Source: an archaeon
Lineage (GTDB): Archaea > Iainarchaeota > Iainarchaeia > Iainarchaeales > JAAZKV01
Length of the DNA: 64,000 bases
Assembly: GCA_041650735.1 (NCBI GenBank)
Contig: JBAZKP010000001.1
Span: 163,076-227,075, forward strand
Direction of reading: 5' to 3'
Notes under the pieces: model-generated
What the model was told of the DNA's origin: nothing
Databases searched by the model: none
The model's input: the letters and a program-made list of their open reading frames with translations, nothing else
Program-made: the position numbers and the translations under genes
Shown: one piece after another, positions 62,091 to 64,000 of the stretch
Numbering within the stretch: the stretch's first letter is position 1
Layout of the letters: every line of letters starts with the position of its first letter

Positions 62091-63695
62091 ATGAAGACTA
62101 TGTTCGGATTCCTCAAACAAAAAATAGCTGATTTTGGAAATAAACTCAAAGAAACTGTTTCAAAAGAAGAAAAAAAACAACCAACTGAAAAAGAAGCGCA
62201 AGAACAGGAAAAAAAAGAAACTGCGCCAGTGAAAACAGAAACTAAAACACAAGAAACAAAACCTGAAGTGAAAAAAGAAGAAACAACCATAAAAGAAAAA
62301 GAAACAAAAAAAGAGGAATTAAAAGAAAACGTAAAAATTGAAGAAAAAACCGTTGAAAAAAAAACAGGGTTATTAGGAAAAATATTTGGAATAGGAAAGA
62401 AAAAAGAAGAAAAAACCGTTGAAAAAGAAAAGAAAACAAAAGAAGAGGTTGCGGAAGAACTAGAGAAAAAATTGTTTGAGGATATTGAAAAAGAAATAAA
62501 AAAAGAGGAACAAGAAAGCCCTAAAGAAACGACAAAGATTGAGGAAAAACCCTTTGTAAAAGCAAAAGAAGAACCCCAAAAAAAAGAAATTGTAAAAACA
62601 ATCGAAATCAAAGAACTCGAAAAAATTGTTCAAGAAGAAAAAGAACAACCACAAATAGAACCCCTGAAAAAAGAAGAAAAAATAGTTGAAGAAGAGGAAG
62701 AAATACAAACTGAAGAAGAAAAAGATGAGGAAATAAAGGAAATAGCAGCGGAGAAAATAGAAAAACCAAGAGATATTAAAATAAAAAGCATTGAAGAAGA
62801 CAAAAGAGAATTAAAAACAAAAGTCGGGATAACAGGAGGATTAAAAGGATTAATTTTTGGAGGAGTAGAAATAAACGAAAAACAAATAGAGGATCTACTT
62901 TGGGAACTAGAACTAAGCTTAATTGAAAGTGATGTAGAACAGGATGCGGCAAAAGAAATTACAAAACAAATAAAACAAAGAATAGTCGGAATGAAGGTGC
63001 CAGCAAAAAACATTGATGAATACTTAAAAGAACAAATAAAAGAAATACTCGCAGAAATGATGAAAACAGAAAAAATCAATCTTTTAGAGGAAACAGTGAA
63101 ACACAAGCCCTTGAAAATACTCATGCTCGGACCAAACGGAGCAGGAAAAACAACAAGCATAGCAAAATTAGTTAATTACTTTCAAAAAAACAAAAAAACA
63201 TGCATAGTTGCAGCAGCAGATACTTTTAGGGCAGGAGCAATAGACCAGCTAGAAGAACACGCAAAAAAACTAAATATAAGAGTAATAAAACAACAATACG
63301 GAGCGGACCCGGCAGCAGTGGCATTTGATGCAGTAAAAGCAGCAGAAGCAGGAAAAATTGATGTAGTAATAATTGATTCGGCAGGAAGACAAGAAACAAA
63401 CAAAAACCTAATGGAAGAACTCAGAAAAATAGAAAGAGTAACAACCCCTGATTTGAAATTATATGTAGGAGAAGCTTATGTGGGCCAAACGCTCTTAGAA
63501 CAAGTAAACGAATTTGAGGAAATAGCAGGAATAGATGGATTTATTTTAACAAAAATTGATACGGATGCAAAAGGAGGAACAGCAATTTCACTTTTATACA
63601 AAACAAAAAAACCAATACTCTTTGTAGGAACAGGACAAGGATACAATGATTTTAAAGAATTCACGCCAGGATTCATCCTGGAAAGAATAATATAG
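62091..63695 (+). CDS. ftsY: Signal recognition particle receptor FtsY with long E/K-rich N-terminal domain
   Basis: NG domain: LGPNGAGKTTSIAKL, AADTFRAGAIDQL, IIDSAGR, LTKIDTDAKGG. The first ~240 aa are low-complexity E/K-rich. Confidence 0.92.
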   Translation: MKTMFGFLKQKIADFGNKLKETVSKEEKKQPTEKEAQEQEKKETAPVKTETKTQETKPEVKKEETTIKEKETKKEELKENVKIEEKTVEKKTGLLGKIFGIGKKKEEKTVEKEKKTKEEVAEELEKKLFEDIEKEIKKEEQESPKETTKIEEKPFVKAKEEPQKKEIVKTIEIKELEKIVQEEKEQPQIEPLKKEEKIVEEEEEIQTEEEKDEEIKEIAAEKIEKPRDIKIKSIEEDKRELKTKVGITGGLKGLIFGGVEINEKQIEDLLWELELSLIESDVEQDAAKEITKQIKQRIVGMKVPAKNIDEYLKEQIKEILAEMMKTEKINLLEETVKHKPLKILMLGPNGAGKTTSIAKLVNYFQKNKKTCIVAAADTFRAGAIDQLEEHAKKLNIRVIKQQYGADPAAVAFDAVKAAEAGKIDVVIIDSAGRQETNKNLMEELRKIERVTTPDLKLYVGEAYVGQTLLEQVNEFEEIAGIDGFILTKIDTDAKGGTAISLLYKTKKPILFVGTGQGYNDFKEFTPGFILERII

Positions 63696-64000
63696 CCTTA
63701 GAAACCAATACTAATTATGCCAATAATACAAAAAATAAAAAGAACTGTTAGAAGAAACTTAACAAAACTAAGTTTTAGGCCAAAAATAATTGTAAACCAA
63801 AATACTAGAAAAAGGCAATTACAGTGGAAAGGAAAAATAAGGGAAAAACAAATAATAGTAAAAAAAGTCGAACCCCAGAAGAACACTTACTAGAAAAAGC
63901 GAGAAGAAGAACCTTAATAAAAAACTTGGATAAATTACAAAGCAACTCGTACGAACTAAGAGTCGCAAAAAGATACCCTGCGTTGAATCAAAAAAGAGTA

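Noticed and set aside
62091-62800. Repetitive A/G-rich DNA considered as a tandem repeat or CRISPR-like array
   Set aside because: The repeats are imperfect, in frame and translate to the E/K-rich FtsY N-terminal domain. There is no repeat-spacer periodicity.
62078-63160. Antisense ORFs opposite ftsY (62078..62611, 62630..63160 and shorter ones)
   Set aside because: These are Ser/Phe-rich mirror images of the E/K-rich FtsY N-terminus and NG domain, and have no independent support.
63698-64000. Window-edge ORFs: minus 63698..63886, plus 63717..63893 (58 aa, very basic) and a plus-frame ORF open from about 63824 to the window end
   Set aside because: Three mutually overlapping frames, none with a recognisable family, and the last is truncated by the window edge. 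The evidence is insufficient to call any of them.

Overview
AT-rich, very gene-dense archaeal segment. Archaeal hallmarks include RFC small subunit, ABCE1, Pelota, aEF-1beta, Rpp21, r-proteins S17e/S19e/L31e/L39e/LX, aIF6, archaeal DnaG, Hjc, a class I CCA enzyme, Elp3 and Taw3. Small proteins, Lys/Glu-rich extensions and intron-rich tRNA genes suggest a reduced DPANN-like archaeon; that placement is inference only. All calls rest on motif recognition by eye and the supplied ORF track, with no database search. Most of the window is housekeeping: translation, tRNA modification, DNA repair and Fe-S assembly. Five regions stand out. (1) A ~10 kb Tad/Epd-like type IV pilus locus (12.2-22.5 kb) holds an ATPase, two split platform proteins, four short Q-x-x-x-E-Y pilins, a prepilin peptidase and six larger pilin-like proteins, interrupted by a translationally coupled OB-fold/TctA-like/JAB trio. 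(2) A NurA-HAD-sORF-HerA operon ends in a truncated family-B DNA-polymerase-like protein whose motif C reads GKS instead of DTD; Rad50 lies nearby with no recognisable Mre11. (3) Two tandem paralogous proteins share an unassigned C-terminal four-Cys motif. (4) Three of four tRNA genes carry introns: Arg-UCG 16 nt, Gly-GCC 134 nt, Gly-UCC 81 nt. The long introns and a 75-nt element abutting tRNA-Gly(UCC) are built from strings of perfect hairpins. (5) A 430-nt gap with ORFs open on both strands carries RNase-P-RNA-like motifs. No CRISPR array, rRNA, transposase or integrase was seen.
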